Assembly: GCA_039190745.1 (NCBI GenBank)
Contig: JBCCXZ010000006.1
Coordinates: 1 to 64,000 of the forward strand
Direction: 5' to 3'
Origin: Planctomycetota bacterium
GTDB lineage: Bacteria > Planctomycetota > Planctomycetia > Pirellulales > Lacipirellulaceae
Length of the DNA stretch: 64,000 nt
Shown here: positions 47,699-57,997 of the stretch, in pieces
How the letters are laid out: each line of letters opens with the position of its first letter
Position numbering within the stretch: position 1 is the stretch's first letter
Notes under the pieces: generated by a model
Databases searched by the model: none
Seen by the model: the letters and a program-made list of their open reading frames with translations, nothing else
What the model was told of the DNA's origin: nothing
Position numbers and translations under genes: made by a program

Positions 47699-49360
47699 CT
47701 ATTGGGTCCCGGACCCGAAAACCGCTGGGAGGGTTTCGCCCCGCTTCGCCGCGGCCCGCCGTGTCGTCACAACGATCTCTCCCGGAGTATCCCGCACCGT
47801 GTAGACGAGTTTCTGCCGAGGGTCCGTCGGCCCGGTTGCGGTCTTGTCGGGGTTCGCAAGGCGGAGGATTTCGACCAAGACTTCGCCGGCCGGTTGGTCG
47901 CGGAGGTCGATACCGAACGATTGGTTCTTGGTGATGCCCTCCAACTGCAAGTCGCCGCCGAGGATGCGGATCGGGACGCGCAAGTCGTCCCCAAGCAGTT
48001 GGAGCGAGTACTCCAGTGTCTCTTGAGCAAAAACCAGCGATATGGGCCGGTTGAGTTTGGCTTCAATGGAATCGGCGGACGGCTGGGCCATCGACCCGGG
48101 CTCGTTGCCGGCCATGAGATCGCGGTGCAGGAAGAGTTCGGCGGCGAAGGCAAGGTTGTGCGCGGCCGCGACGGGCAGGTACCACCGAGCGATCGCCTGA
48201 CGCCTCTCAACGCCGTAGCGTGCTTGACGGTCGGCGAAGCGGAGCATGGCCGGCCATCGCAGAAGCACCCGCCGGCTGTAAGCGGGCGTCTCGCTGTCGG
48301 CAAGCCGTCGCTCAACAGCAGCTGCCGCCTCTCCAAGCCGTCGCTGGAGACCGGCTGCGTAACGGTGCGGCCTGGCGTTGAGGGCTACGTCGGCGCGCAG
48401 CTCGATAAACAGGTTGTCGCTCAAGTCGCAACTGACCGAGAACGCCCGGGCGTCGTCGCCTAGAAGCCAGGACGCGGCCTCCGGCAGGGGAGCGCCGACA
48501 CCAGAAAAGAGCTGGCTTGCGCTGGCGTCGAGCAGCCTCGTGGGGGCGACGATGGTCAACGCCCGATCGGCGTCGGTCGTTTGGATCAACCCGGCAATCT
48601 CCCTCGGGAGCATCGGCGGGGCGTCGCCGGTTTGGAGAGCCACTTCAACGGAGTCGGCGTCGCCTGCGAGGAGCACCTCTTCGGCTACTTGTCGGGCACG
48701 GGTTGAGGGGCTCTCATCCCAACCCCGTTCTCTCTCGGCTCGGAACGTGTAACGCAGCCGGCCGTCGAGGCCGGAGGTAATCGTGAGCAGCAGTTGGTCG
48801 ATGGTTTGCCAATCGGGGCCGAGTTCACTTTGCAGCCTGTTGGCGAGCGTTTGCCCCCAAGGCCCCAGTGCTGCGAACAGTTTTTCGCCTTCACCGTGCC
48901 CGGCGAGAGCGGCCGGGCGGAGGTGCACGAACAATCGGGCTCCGGGCGGCGTGTATGAAAGGCCAATCGGTTTTCCAGCGGTGGGCGAGACCCACAGTGT
49001 GCTGCCATCGTCCGCTACGGTATGCGGTTTCTCGGTTTCTTGCGACTCTGCGACTGCTTCCTCGGCCACGAGCGGCGCCGGAACGGCTTCCTCCGCTTGC
49101 TCAGGTTCCACCATGGGGGCGTCGGCGGGCCCGAGTGTCCACACCACGCCCAAGGCGACTACTACTACCAGCAAGAGACCGATCAAGCCCGCGGTCCATA
49201 GCGGGGCCTTGCGTTTGCGGGGCCGGGCGGTGTGCCGTGGCTTGGGCTCGATCTGGATACGGATTTCATCTCCGGGCATTCCGAGCGTTCCTTGCGGGTG
49301 CTTGCTCTGTTGTAGCCGCAGTGGCCCCGCCGTATTATCCGGCGTTTGGCGGTCCGCCAA
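47699..49360 (-). CDS. Single-TM protein with C-terminal STN-like domain (start may be ATG 49279)
   Basis: TM LIGLLLVVVVALGVVW; KLNRPISLVFAQETLEYSLQLL..LEGITKNQ..PAGEVLVEIL. Confidence 0.72.
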   Translation of the reverse strand: MADRQTPDNTAGPLRLQQSKHPQGTLGMPGDEIRIQIEPKPRHTARPRKRKAPLWTAGLIGLLLVVVVALGVVWTLGPADAPMVEPEQAEEAVPAPLVAEEAVAESQETEKPHTVADDGSTLWVSPTAGKPIGLSYTPPGARLFVHLRPAALAGHGEGEKLFAALGPWGQTLANRLQSELGPDWQTIDQLLLTITSGLDGRLRYTFRAERERGWDESPSTRARQVAEEVLLAGDADSVEVALQTGDAPPMLPREIAGLIQTTDADRALTIVAPTRLLDASASQLFSGVGAPLPEAASWLLGDDARAFSVSCDLSDNLFIELRADVALNARPHRYAAGLQRRLGEAAAAVERRLADSETPAYSRRVLLRWPAMLRFADRQARYGVERRQAIARWYLPVAAAHNLAFAAELFLHRDLMAGNEPGSMAQPSADSIEAKLNRPISLVFAQETLEYSLQLLGDDLRVPIRILGGDLQLEGITKNQSFGIDLRDQPAGEVLVEILRLANPDKTATGPTDPRQKLVYTVRDTPGEIVVTTRRAAAKRGETLPAVFGSGTQ

Positions 49361-49401
49361 CAGGCGCCGCGGTCAGTGTTTTCCGAGCCAACGGCCTTCC
49401 G

Positions 49402-50637
49402 ATGAAATCCTCTCAGGCGGTTCAGCACTACTTTAACCGAGCGGCGGATCAGCTCGAACTCGACGAGAGCCTGCGCACGCTGCTGCTGACTTCCAAACGC
49501 GAAGTGCAGGTGCAAGTGCCGGTGCGGATGGAAAGCGGCGAGCTCCAGACGCTGCTGGGCTACCGAGTACAACACAACAACGCCCGGGGCCCGATGAAAG
49601 GCGGCCTGCGGTTCCACCACGAGGTCGACCTCGATGAGGTGCGTGGGCTCGCGTCGCTGATGACGTGGAAGACGGCCGTGGTGAACATCCCCTACGGCGG
49701 GGCGAAGGGTGGGATCGCGGTCGACTCTCGCAGCCTAACTCCCGAGGAACTGGAACGGGTCACGCGGAAGTTCGTCGACGAGATCCACATCGCGATCGGG
49801 CCTGATACCGATATCCCGGCGCCCGACATGGGCACGGACTCGCGGGTGATGGCCTGGATCATGCACCAGCACACCAAGTACCACGGCTTCAGCCCCGGGG
49901 TGGTAACGGGCAAGCCGGTTGAGCACTACGGCGTCCCCGGCCGCGAAGAGGCCACCGGCCGGGGCGTGGGAATCCTGACGTTCAAGTCGCTAAGCCGCTT
50001 GGGCAAGCGGGCAACAGAGGCTCGCGTCGCGATCCAAGGCTTTGGGAACGTCGGCTCGCATGCGGCGAAATTCCTCTCCGACGCGGAGATGCCCGTCGTC
50101 GCGATCAGCGACCGCTACGGTGCTTGGTACCGGGAAGGCGGCATCGATGTAATGGACGCGATCCGCTACTCCAACCGGAACAACCGGTCGCTCGAAGGCT
50201 ACCAGGGCGGCGACGTGATCAGCAACGAAGAGCTCCTCGAGCTCGACGTGGAAGTGCTGATCCCGGCGGCGCTCGGCGGCGTGATTACCGAAGACAATGT
50301 GGAGAGTGTAAAGGCCCCCTTAATCATCGAAGCCGCCAACGCGCCGATCGACCCCGCCGCGGACCGCGTGCTCGCAGACCGCGGCACGGTGATCCTGCCG
50401 GACATACTGGCGAACGCCGGCGGCGTGACCGTCAGCTACTTCGAGTGGGTTCAGAACCGCCAGTACTACGACTGGGGGTTGAACCGCGTGCGGCAGGAGC
50501 TGGACCGGGTGCTTTCCTCGGCCTTTGAAAAGGTTTGGGAGACCAGCACGGAACGGCAGACGGACCTCCGTACGGCGGCGTTCGTGTTGGGCATCGAGCG
50601 TGTGGCCCGGGCGGTCACACTTACGGGCATCGCGTAG
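49402..50637 (+). CDS. gdhA: Glutamate dehydrogenase (Glu/Leu/Phe/Val family)
   Basis: RGPMKGG, GGAKGG, PAPDMGT, GFGNVG, ANAGGVTVSYFEWVQN. Confidence 0.96.
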   Translation: MKSSQAVQHYFNRAADQLELDESLRTLLLTSKREVQVQVPVRMESGELQTLLGYRVQHNNARGPMKGGLRFHHEVDLDEVRGLASLMTWKTAVVNIPYGGAKGGIAVDSRSLTPEELERVTRKFVDEIHIAIGPDTDIPAPDMGTDSRVMAWIMHQHTKYHGFSPGVVTGKPVEHYGVPGREEATGRGVGILTFKSLSRLGKRATEARVAIQGFGNVGSHAAKFLSDAEMPVVAISDRYGAWYREGGIDVMDAIRYSNRNNRSLEGYQGGDVISNEELLELDVEVLIPAALGGVITEDNVESVKAPLIIEAANAPIDPAADRVLADRGTVILPDILANAGGVTVSYFEWVQNRQYYDWGLNRVRQELDRVLSSAFEKVWETSTERQTDLRTAAFVLGIERVARAVTLTGIA

Positions 50638-50652
50638 AAGGGGCGCCTATTT

Positions 50653-51174
50653 CTACGGCACGTCCTTCAGGCGTGCGTACAGCCACCGGTCTATCACCTT
50701 GCCGTTCTTGACCGCGCTGCGCTGGAGGGTGGCCTCGTGATAGAAGCCGGACTTCTCCAAGACCCGGGCGGATGCGGGGTTGCAGTCGAAGACAACCGCG
50801 ATCAGCCTGGACAGCCCGAGCCGCTCGAAGGCGTCGTCGACGACCGCAGGGATCGCATCGCTGATGATACCCCGGCCCCAGTAGGGCTCGCCGATCCAGT
50901 AGCCGAGCTCTGCAGAGAGCCGCTCGACATCTTGGCCCAGTTCCAGCCCGATCGTGCCCACGGCCCTGCCGTCGACCTCGATGCCGTAAACCGTCTGAGG
51001 TTCGTTTTCTCCGACAAGCGCAATGAACTCTTCCGCGTCGGCAACCGTGTAGGGGTGCGGAAAGCGGTCGCGGAGATTGTCTGCGACGCGGCGGTTGTTC
51101 GCCAACCCGGCCAGCGACTCGGCGTCCTCGGTCGCAAGAGGGCGGAGAGTGGCGTTCTGAAGGCGGATTATCAC
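50653..51174 (-). CDS. GNAT N-acetyltransferase (RimJ/RimL type)
   Basis: AELGYWIGEPYWGRG, NPASARVLEKSGF. Confidence 0.93.
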   Translation of the reverse strand: MIIRLQNATLRPLATEDAESLAGLANNRRVADNLRDRFPHPYTVADAEEFIALVGENEPQTVYGIEVDGRAVGTIGLELGQDVERLSAELGYWIGEPYWGRGIISDAIPAVVDDAFERLGLSRLIAVVFDCNPASARVLEKSGFYHEATLQRSAVKNGKVIDRWLYARLKDVP

Positions 51175-51367
51175 GGTCAGAGACTCGGCGGTTGTGGCAA
51201 ACCCATGCAGTTATGAGGCCACTTACAGACGCGGAACTGCTGCGGAGGTTCGCAGCCGCCATTCTGCTAGTCAGGCGACTTCATCGTGCATTAGACTAAG
51301 TGTCGGAACACGCTGAATTTGAGCTTCCGACTGCTCCAGCAACGATCTGTGGAGAGGTAATCTGAGA

Positions 51368-52852
51368 ATGGATTATTTCATGGTGCCATGGCCTAGAGCC
51401 TCGGTAATTGCATTACTTGCGGTGGTGCTGGCGATCCCGGCGACCGCCTGCGGTGCGGATTTCTATTTCGCGGGCCGCTCCGGAGACGCGATCGAGATCG
51501 ACTTCACCACGAAGGACTCCGTCAGCCCGGGAGCGGTCTTTTCGTCGCTCACGCCGCCGAACAGGCACACCTCGCTCACGACCGATACGCTGACGGGTCA
51601 GAGCTTCTCCTCGACGGGCAAGTTCTGGTTCTTCCCGAACAACCTGCTCGCAGACTCTTCTCGTGGGGGCGACCAGAACCCCGACGCACGCGGATTCCAA
51701 GGAACCGTCACCGGCTCGGTGCTGATCGACGGCGTGCCGAAGACCTCCGAGATCGCGGTGCTGCCGGGTCACACCGGCAGCGGGGAGGGGGCCGTCGGGC
51801 AGAGCCTGGAAGGCCTCGGCAGAACGAACACGCCCTTGTTTGTTGCCCAGCAACAACAGCGGATCGCCTACCTCGGGTTCCAGAAAGAGGGCGGCGGGAC
51901 TGTTTTCCCCAGCGGAGTCTTCACCACTGAGTTCGACGAGGCGGTGCGGACTTTCCAGGGCGCGTTCTCGACCGGCTTCAACACGGGTCAGAGCAGCATG
52001 GACGGCATCATCGGCCCGAACACCGCCGGCTGGCTCAACGCAAGCAATGCACCCACCTGGGAACGACTGATCGACCCCGACCCACAAACCCCGGGGGCGT
52101 TCTCCGTAGGGGGCATGATCGGCGACTTCGACATCCTCCCGAGCCGCGACTCGAATGGGCAGCGGACCGGCTTGACGCCGCAGTTCGAAGACCACGCAGC
52201 CGGGTGGACTCTGCGTTTGGTTGAAGAAGGTTCGGCGCTCGCGAAGGCGACCACGGGTCGCACGCAGTTGATTAATGCGTTGACGGCCCAGGACGGCTAT
52301 GCGTCGGATTGCTGCCACAACACGCACCGAGTGGGTCTGGACATCGACCTGCACGTCGATGTCTCAACGTGGAACTTCGGGAACGGCGTGCTCAGCAGCG
52401 AGGAGCAGCTTGTCGTCGACCACGCTTTGGCCTTTATCGCCGCGGGCAACGCCAGCAACGAGACCGCAGAAGTCACGCGGATCATCACTTCCAATCAAGA
52501 CATCCACGACGCGATCGCCGCAGCAGGCACGGGGGTGGCCCTGTACCGCGATTCCTCAACCGTCCACACGCACCACCTGCACATCGACGTTGCCCATCCC
52601 GGGCAGTTCAGACCGATCGGCGGGTTGAACGCAGACTACAACTCCGACGGCGGGGACGTGAGCGTGAGCGATCTGCTTCGTTGGCAAACGACCGGCGGGG
52701 AGGCGGACGACCTCGCGGTCTGGCGGGCCCAGTTCGGCCGAGGCTCGGTCCAGGCGTCAGCGATAGCAGCCGTGCCCGAGCCGGCAAGCCCGATGCTCGT
52801 TGTCGCATGCCTCGGATCAATGCTCCCCTTCATCCGAAGAATCAGCAGGTAG
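51368..52852 (+). CDS. PEP-CTERM protein with peptidoglycan-binding domain and MepA/M74-like metallopeptidase motifs
   Basis: DEAVRTFQ..DGIIGPNT; HNTHRVGLDID and HTHHLHID; dockerin-like ADYNSDG..DLLRWQ; AVPEPAS + TM + RR. Confidence 0.82.
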   Translation: MDYFMVPWPRASVIALLAVVLAIPATACGADFYFAGRSGDAIEIDFTTKDSVSPGAVFSSLTPPNRHTSLTTDTLTGQSFSSTGKFWFFPNNLLADSSRGGDQNPDARGFQGTVTGSVLIDGVPKTSEIAVLPGHTGSGEGAVGQSLEGLGRTNTPLFVAQQQQRIAYLGFQKEGGGTVFPSGVFTTEFDEAVRTFQGAFSTGFNTGQSSMDGIIGPNTAGWLNASNAPTWERLIDPDPQTPGAFSVGGMIGDFDILPSRDSNGQRTGLTPQFEDHAAGWTLRLVEEGSALAKATTGRTQLINALTAQDGYASDCCHNTHRVGLDIDLHVDVSTWNFGNGVLSSEEQLVVDHALAFIAAGNASNETAEVTRIITSNQDIHDAIAAAGTGVALYRDSSTVHTHHLHIDVAHPGQFRPIGGLNADYNSDGGDVSVSDLLRWQTTGGEADDLAVWRAQFGRGSVQASAIAAVPEPASPMLVVACLGSMLPFIRRISR

Positions 52853-52854
52853 CC

Positions 52855-53307
52855 ATGGCCTTCCGCAACCTTGCCCACGTTGGGATCACCGTCGCTGACA
52901 TGGAGCGGTCGCTTCGGTTCTACACCGAGTTGCTCAACGCGGAGATCATCCTCGACACCACGGTGTCCAGCCCGGGCCTTTCTCGCACGGTCTCCGTGCC
53001 CGACGCGGAGTTGCACATCGTCCTCATGCAGCTTGGCAATACGGTCTTGGAGCTGATCGACTACGCCCACCAGACCGGCCAACGCATCCTGGCCGACAAT
53101 AGCCAACCCGGTGCGATGCACGTCGCGTTCGAGGTGAACGACATCGACGCGGCCTATCAAGAACTCACCGAGCGGGGCGTCGAATTCAACGCGCCGCCAT
53201 ACACCTTTACCGACGACGACGGCCCGGGCGTCGCCGGGATCCGGATCGCCTACTTCCGCGACCCCGACGGGAATCAACTAGAGATGGTCTCTGTTCCAGC
53301 CGGATGA
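52855..53307 (+). CDS. VOC/glyoxalase-family protein
   Basis: HVGITVADMERSLRFY, HVAFEV, YFRDPDGNQLE. Confidence 0.93.
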   Translation: MAFRNLAHVGITVADMERSLRFYTELLNAEIILDTTVSSPGLSRTVSVPDAELHIVLMQLGNTVLELIDYAHQTGQRILADNSQPGAMHVAFEVNDIDAAYQELTERGVEFNAPPYTFTDDDGPGVAGIRIAYFRDPDGNQLEMVSVPAG

Positions 53308-53363
53308 AACAGGCCGTCTGCCCGGTAGTCTCCCGCACTCCCCTGCCCCGCTTAACGATTCCC

Positions 53364-53726
53364 ATGCCTACCGCGAAGAACGTGCTCGGCACAGAACTAG
53401 CCACGTGCTCTACCGACCCGCTCACGGGTTTCTTCCGGGACGGCTGCTGCAACACGGGCCGCGACGACCTCGGGCTGCACCTTGTGTGCGCCGTGATGAC
53501 AGACGAGTTCTTGGCCTTCTCGAAGTCGCGGGGCAACGACCTCTCGACGCCGAACCCGATGTACCAGTTCGACGGCCTGAAAGAGGGCGACCGCTGGTGT
53601 TTGTGCGTGCAACGGTGGAAGGAAGCACTCTTGGCCGGCAAGGCGCCAAAGATCGTGCTAGAAGCGACGCACGTGGCCGCCCTCGAGTTCGTGGACCTGG
53701 AAGACATGCAGGAACACTCCGTCTGA
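53364..53726 (+). CDS. DUF2237-family protein
   Basis: NVLGTEL..TGFFRDGCC..GNDLSTP..RWCLC. Confidence 0.92.
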   Translation: MPTAKNVLGTELATCSTDPLTGFFRDGCCNTGRDDLGLHLVCAVMTDEFLAFSKSRGNDLSTPNPMYQFDGLKEGDRWCLCVQRWKEALLAGKAPKIVLEATHVAALEFVDLEDMQEHSV

Positions 53727-53767
53727 TCTGTAGCGACTGCCTTACACCTCACAGTTACGAGTAAACA

Positions 53768-54502
53768 ATGCACGTGAGACTTTTGCACCTCGTCACGCTT
53801 TATTGTTGTCTCGCGACCGCGGCGGCTAGCGGTCAAGAGATCCCCAAGAACGACGGGAAGCCGGTCGTTGTGGGCAAGTCGGTTGAAGGACGCACGATCG
53901 AATGCAGCGTGTATGGCGAAGGGGAGGACGTCTTTCTCTTGATCGCGACGATTCACGGCAATGAACCCTCAGGGACGCCGCTAGTGGCAAAATTTGTAGA
54001 GTGGCTCGAAGCGAACCCCTCCGAGTTGGAAGGCCGGCAAGTGGTAATCGTGCCGGTTGCCAACCCCGACGGGATGGCGGCAGACACACGGCACAACAGC
54101 CGGGGCGTGGACCTCAACCGTAATTTCCCGTCGGGCAACTGGTCCGGCGATCAGGAGAAACCGCACGGCGAGACGCCCCTCTCCGAGCCGGAGTCTCGCG
54201 TGCTAATGATACTGGTCTCTCATTTTTTTCCTGACCGCGTGGTGAGCATCCATCAGCCGCTCGTCTGCGTCGACTACGACGGGCCAGCCGCAGGACTGGC
54301 CGAAGCGATGGCTGCGGAGTGCCCGCTGCCGGTGAAGAAGCTCGGCAGCCGTCCAGGCTCACTGGGATCGTTTGTTGGCGTCACTCTGGGCAAGCCGATC
54401 ATCACTTTCGAGATGCCTAAGGACGCCGGTATGGACGGCGAGCGGCTGTGGGAAACCTACGGTGGAGCACTCGTGGCGGCGCTCAGGTATGATGGTGATT
54501 GA
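53768..54502 (+). CDS. Secreted M14 zinc carboxypeptidase, murein peptide amidase MpaA-like
   Basis: GKSVEGR, IHGNE, NPDG, GVDLNRNFP, SEPES, SIHQP. Confidence 0.88.
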   Translation: MHVRLLHLVTLYCCLATAAASGQEIPKNDGKPVVVGKSVEGRTIECSVYGEGEDVFLLIATIHGNEPSGTPLVAKFVEWLEANPSELEGRQVVIVPVANPDGMAADTRHNSRGVDLNRNFPSGNWSGDQEKPHGETPLSEPESRVLMILVSHFFPDRVVSIHQPLVCVDYDGPAAGLAEAMAAECPLPVKKLGSRPGSLGSFVGVTLGKPIITFEMPKDAGMDGERLWETYGGALVAALRYDGD

Positions 54503-54542
54503 TCGGCTTTGCCGACCCGATTTCTCCCTCTGCGCGCCTCTC

Positions 54543-55490
54543 ATGCTCTTCCACTCTTGCCCCCCTACCAGGACTCTCCGCCTGCTATGCCTTACCGCCC
54601 TGCTGTCTTGCCCGAGCGGATTCCTACCACAAGCCTCCGCGGAGGAAGAAGCCTTGGCTGAATTACGCCGGAAGACCGCTGCCCGCATTCAAGAAATCTG
54701 CTCCGGCGTCGAGGGCGTGTTCGGCGTCGTGGTCGAGGACCTCACGGGCGAGGAGCGGTTCGCGGTGAATGCTTCGCTGGAGTTCCCGCAGGCCAGCGCG
54801 ATCAAAGTGCCCGTGCTGATGGAACTCTACAAGCAGGCCCACGAGGGGCGGCTTGATCTTTCGGAATCAGTCGCGGTCAAGGCGGACGACCAGGTCCCCG
54901 GGGGCATCCTCACGCACGCCGGCGACGGCACGACCAGCATGAGTCTCGCCGACCTGGGCGTTTATATGATCGTGTTGAGCGACAACACGGCAACCAACCT
55001 GCTGATCAACAAGGTCGGCATGGCAAACATCAACGCCACACTCGACAACCTGGGCCTGCCGAAGACGCGCGTGCAGCGGCTGATGATCGACACCGAGGCG
55101 AGCGCCCGCGGGCAGGAGAACCTCTCCACGCCCGCCGAGGCGGCCCGCCTGCTGCGGATGCTCCACGAGGGAGAGTTCGTCGACCGGGCCGTGTCTGATC
55201 AGGTGCTAGAGGTGATGCGCAAGACGCACGGCGGGGCCGTGAAATCGGCTCTGCCGGAAGGCGTTCGCGTGGCCTTCAAACCGGGTGAGATCCCCGGTGT
55301 CGAAACCGAGTGGGCGATCGTCGAACTCAAGCACCGGCCGTACGTTGTTGCCGCGATGGGCAAGTACGGCGTCGGCAATGGGTTCTACAAAGCGATGCAA
55401 GACATTTCAAAGGCCGCCTATTCCTACTTCGACCGCCTGGGGCGATCGAGCCCTTACGGCGCCTATACCGACTCAGAAGACTGGGACTAA
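54543..55490 (+). CDS. Class A beta-lactamase-like serine hydrolase / low-MW PBP-like protein
   Basis: ASAIK (SxxK), SDN, KPG; signal peptide. Confidence 0.88.
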   Translation: MLFHSCPPTRTLRLLCLTALLSCPSGFLPQASAEEEALAELRRKTAARIQEICSGVEGVFGVVVEDLTGEERFAVNASLEFPQASAIKVPVLMELYKQAHEGRLDLSESVAVKADDQVPGGILTHAGDGTTSMSLADLGVYMIVLSDNTATNLLINKVGMANINATLDNLGLPKTRVQRLMIDTEASARGQENLSTPAEAARLLRMLHEGEFVDRAVSDQVLEVMRKTHGGAVKSALPEGVRVAFKPGEIPGVETEWAIVELKHRPYVVAAMGKYGVGNGFYKAMQDISKAAYSYFDRLGRSSPYGAYTDSEDWD

Positions 55491-55496
55491 AAGCCT

Positions 55497-57845
55497 ATGC
55501 AGCCGCGTGCCGCGATCCACTCGCCGCCGTTCCTCTGCCTGTTCGCGTGCTCGCTTGCCTGTGCCTCGACGGCGGCTGCAGCTGGGGAGGCGGCCCCGCC
55601 GCGAGTCCTTCTCCCGGGGTATGGGCTAGAACTGGTGGCCGAGTCGCCCGACATAGTCACGCCAGTGGGTATGGCGTTCGACGCCCGCGGGCGGTTGCTC
55701 GTCATTGAATCGCATACCCACGAACGGCAGGACGACTACGAAGGCCCGTCGAGCGATCGGTTGCAACTGTTCTACGACTCCGACGGCGACGGCCGTTTAG
55801 ACGACTGGAAGACGTTTGCCGAGGGCTTCACCGCGGCGATGAACATCGCGGTCCGCGCTGAAGGGAGCGTACTCCTGACGACCCGGAGCGCACTTCATCT
55901 GCTTGAGGACCAAGACGGCGACGACCACGCCGAGCGGAATGAAGTCGTCGTCCAACTCGACACAACCAATCTTTTCTCGCACAACGGCCTGAGCGGTTTG
56001 GCCATTGCCAAAGTCGATGGAGACGAGACGGTCTACCTGGGGCTGGGCGAGAACCATGGCATTGAGTACTCGCTCCGCGGCAGCGACGGGAGCGTCTACG
56101 AGGGAACGGACACGGCGGGCGCAGTGTTCACCTGCCGCCCCGATGGATCGAGGGTGCAGCGCTTCGCCACGGGCTTCTGGAACCCTTTCGGACTTAGCTC
56201 GTGGCGGCGAGGCCTGTTCTGCATCGACAACGATCCCGATGCGAGCCCCCCCTGCCGCCTGTTGCACGTTCAACCTCGCGGGGACTATGGCTACCGCTAC
56301 CAGTACGGTCGATCCGGGCTACACCCGCTGCAGGCCTGGAACGGCGAACTGCCTGGCACCCTGCCGATGATGGCCGGCACCGGTGAGGCGCCAACGGGCA
56401 TCGTCGCACACGAAGGTGCGTTGTGGGTCACGAGTTGGGGGGAGCACCGTATCGAACGGTACGTCGTCCGCGAAGACGACGCCGGGCGGTTAGTCGCCGA
56501 GCAATCCTTGGTGGTTCAAGGCAACGCCGACTTCCGGCCGACCGGCATCGCGGTGGCGCCGGACGGTTCTCTGTACTTTGGCGATTGGCTCTTGAGAGAC
56601 TACCCAGTGCACGGGGCAGGCCGTCTCTGGAGGCTAACGCTCCCTACGAGCGTCGCCGACAACGAAGCCTCCTCTTCGCCATGGCCAGAAGCTCCCGAAG
56701 ATGCGAGCGGAGAGCTGAGAGAGCTCATGCGTCTGAAATGGCTGGGCGGGACGCCCGACGCTGCAATGCTCCGAGAAGCACTGGCTAGCGAAGACGCCGA
56801 TGTCCGGCTGTACGCCGTGCGTTGGATCGCGGACGACCACCTTACCGAATACTCGCCAGACATCCGCCGGCTGCTGGACGACGCCCCGCCGAGCGAGCGT
56901 TACTACCTCGCGGTGCTTGCGGCAATCGATTGGCTGAGCCGAGAACCGGAGCCCCGCTCAAGCAATATCGCAGACGGATTACTCGCCCGTGAGCTCCGCA
57001 ACTCGAGGCGGCCTTCAAGCGCCCACACGCTAGCATTGCAATTGATCTCTCCCGATCACAAGGTGCTCACACAAGAGTTAATGGATCGCTTCTTGGGCTC
57101 CGAAGATTTGTGGCTCCGGCGTGAAGCGGTAAGGACTCTCGCACAGCAATCCCGGCCAGGGCGGTTCGATACACTCGCCCAGATTGCTCAAGACCCTGGC
57201 GAGGATGAGCAGGTACGGGCTGACGCGGTCGCGGGCTTGGCGGCGGCCGCCGACGAATACAAACCGTTGCTGAAGCAACTGGCAGCCGAGCCGACTTCAC
57301 TATTCGGTAGAGAAGCTGCTAGAGTGCTACGCCTCTCAGGTTTGAGCGACCAACCTCCCGTCCTGGAAGACCGCAACGACGAAGGGTTCCTGCGGTACGT
57401 CCTTGAGGAAGGCGGCGACGCAGAGTCGGGCCGCCGCCTCTTTTTTTCCTCCGTGGGCTCCCGTTGCGCCACCTGCCATCAACACGGCGGTCGCGGGGGC
57501 CAAGTTGGCCCAGACCTGACAACTATCGGCCAGAGCACAACGCGCGAGCGGATCGTGCGTTCGATACTGCACCCCAGCGAGGAGGTTGCGCCGCAGTATC
57601 AGGCTTGGACACTACTAACCAGCGATGGCAAGACGCGAGTCGGACTCCGCCTGCCGAGGCCTGGCGACACGGGCGTTGAGTACTACGTCGACGCCGAGGG
57701 GAATGAGTTCCAAGTCCGCAGCGAAGAGGTCGAGTTCCGGGAGGCCTCACAGGTATCGCTGATGCCAGAAGGCCTGGAAAAGACTGTCAGCCGGGAAGAC
57801 TTCCGCGACCTAGTTGCGTTCCTCTGTGCTCCCCGCGAAGACTAG
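55497..57845 (+). CDS. PVC-type membrane-bound dehydrogenase-like protein (beta-propeller, HEAT-like repeats, CxxCH cytochrome c)
   Basis: [43 protein letters not shown]. Confidence 0.92.
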   Translation: MQPRAAIHSPPFLCLFACSLACASTAAAAGEAAPPRVLLPGYGLELVAESPDIVTPVGMAFDARGRLLVIESHTHERQDDYEGPSSDRLQLFYDSDGDGRLDDWKTFAEGFTAAMNIAVRAEGSVLLTTRSALHLLEDQDGDDHAERNEVVVQLDTTNLFSHNGLSGLAIAKVDGDETVYLGLGENHGIEYSLRGSDGSVYEGTDTAGAVFTCRPDGSRVQRFATGFWNPFGLSSWRRGLFCIDNDPDASPPCRLLHVQPRGDYGYRYQYGRSGLHPLQAWNGELPGTLPMMAGTGEAPTGIVAHEGALWVTSWGEHRIERYVVREDDAGRLVAEQSLVVQGNADFRPTGIAVAPDGSLYFGDWLLRDYPVHGAGRLWRLTLPTSVADNEASSSPWPEAPEDASGELRELMRLKWLGGTPDAAMLREALASEDADVRLYAVRWIADDHLTEYSPDIRRLLDDAPPSERYYLAVLAAIDWLSREPEPRSSNIADGLLARELRNSRRPSSAHTLALQLISPDHKVLTQELMDRFLGSEDLWLRREAVRTLAQQSRPGRFDTLAQIAQDPGEDEQVRADAVAGLAAAADEYKPLLKQLAAEPTSLFGREAARVLRLSGLSDQPPVLEDRNDEGFLRYVLEEGGDAESGRRLFFSSVGSRCATCHQHGGRGGQVGPDLTTIGQSTTRERIVRSILHPSEEVAPQYQAWTLLTSDGKTRVGLRLPRPGDTGVEYYVDAEGNEFQVRSEEVEFREASQVSLMPEGLEKTVSREDFRDLVAFLCAPRED

Positions 57846-57997
57846 TCGCTGCCAGCAACCTAGTAGAGACCTCCGGGGCGTCGCTCCTCATTTCGAGAGA
57901 CCACGGGCTGGTTGAGGGATGTCTCCGGCACTCCTACACTGGCGGTTATGCGAGGTCCCTCCAGGGCCTGCCTCCCTCCCGCAAAGTTTCTCCGCCG

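Noticed and set aside
48868..49401. N-terminal extension of glutamate dehydrogenase
   Set aside because: Overlaps the divergent gene; homology starts at MKSSQAV (49402).
54543..55490. Functional class A beta-lactamase resistance gene
   Set aside because: No recognisable omega-loop ExxLN (Glu166) motif and KPG instead of KTG; more likely a PBP-like hydrolase. An assay is needed.
57846..57997. Purine or ZTP riboswitch upstream of purF
   Set aside because: No recognisable aptamer consensus or expression-platform terminator by eye; an Rfam scan would settle it.
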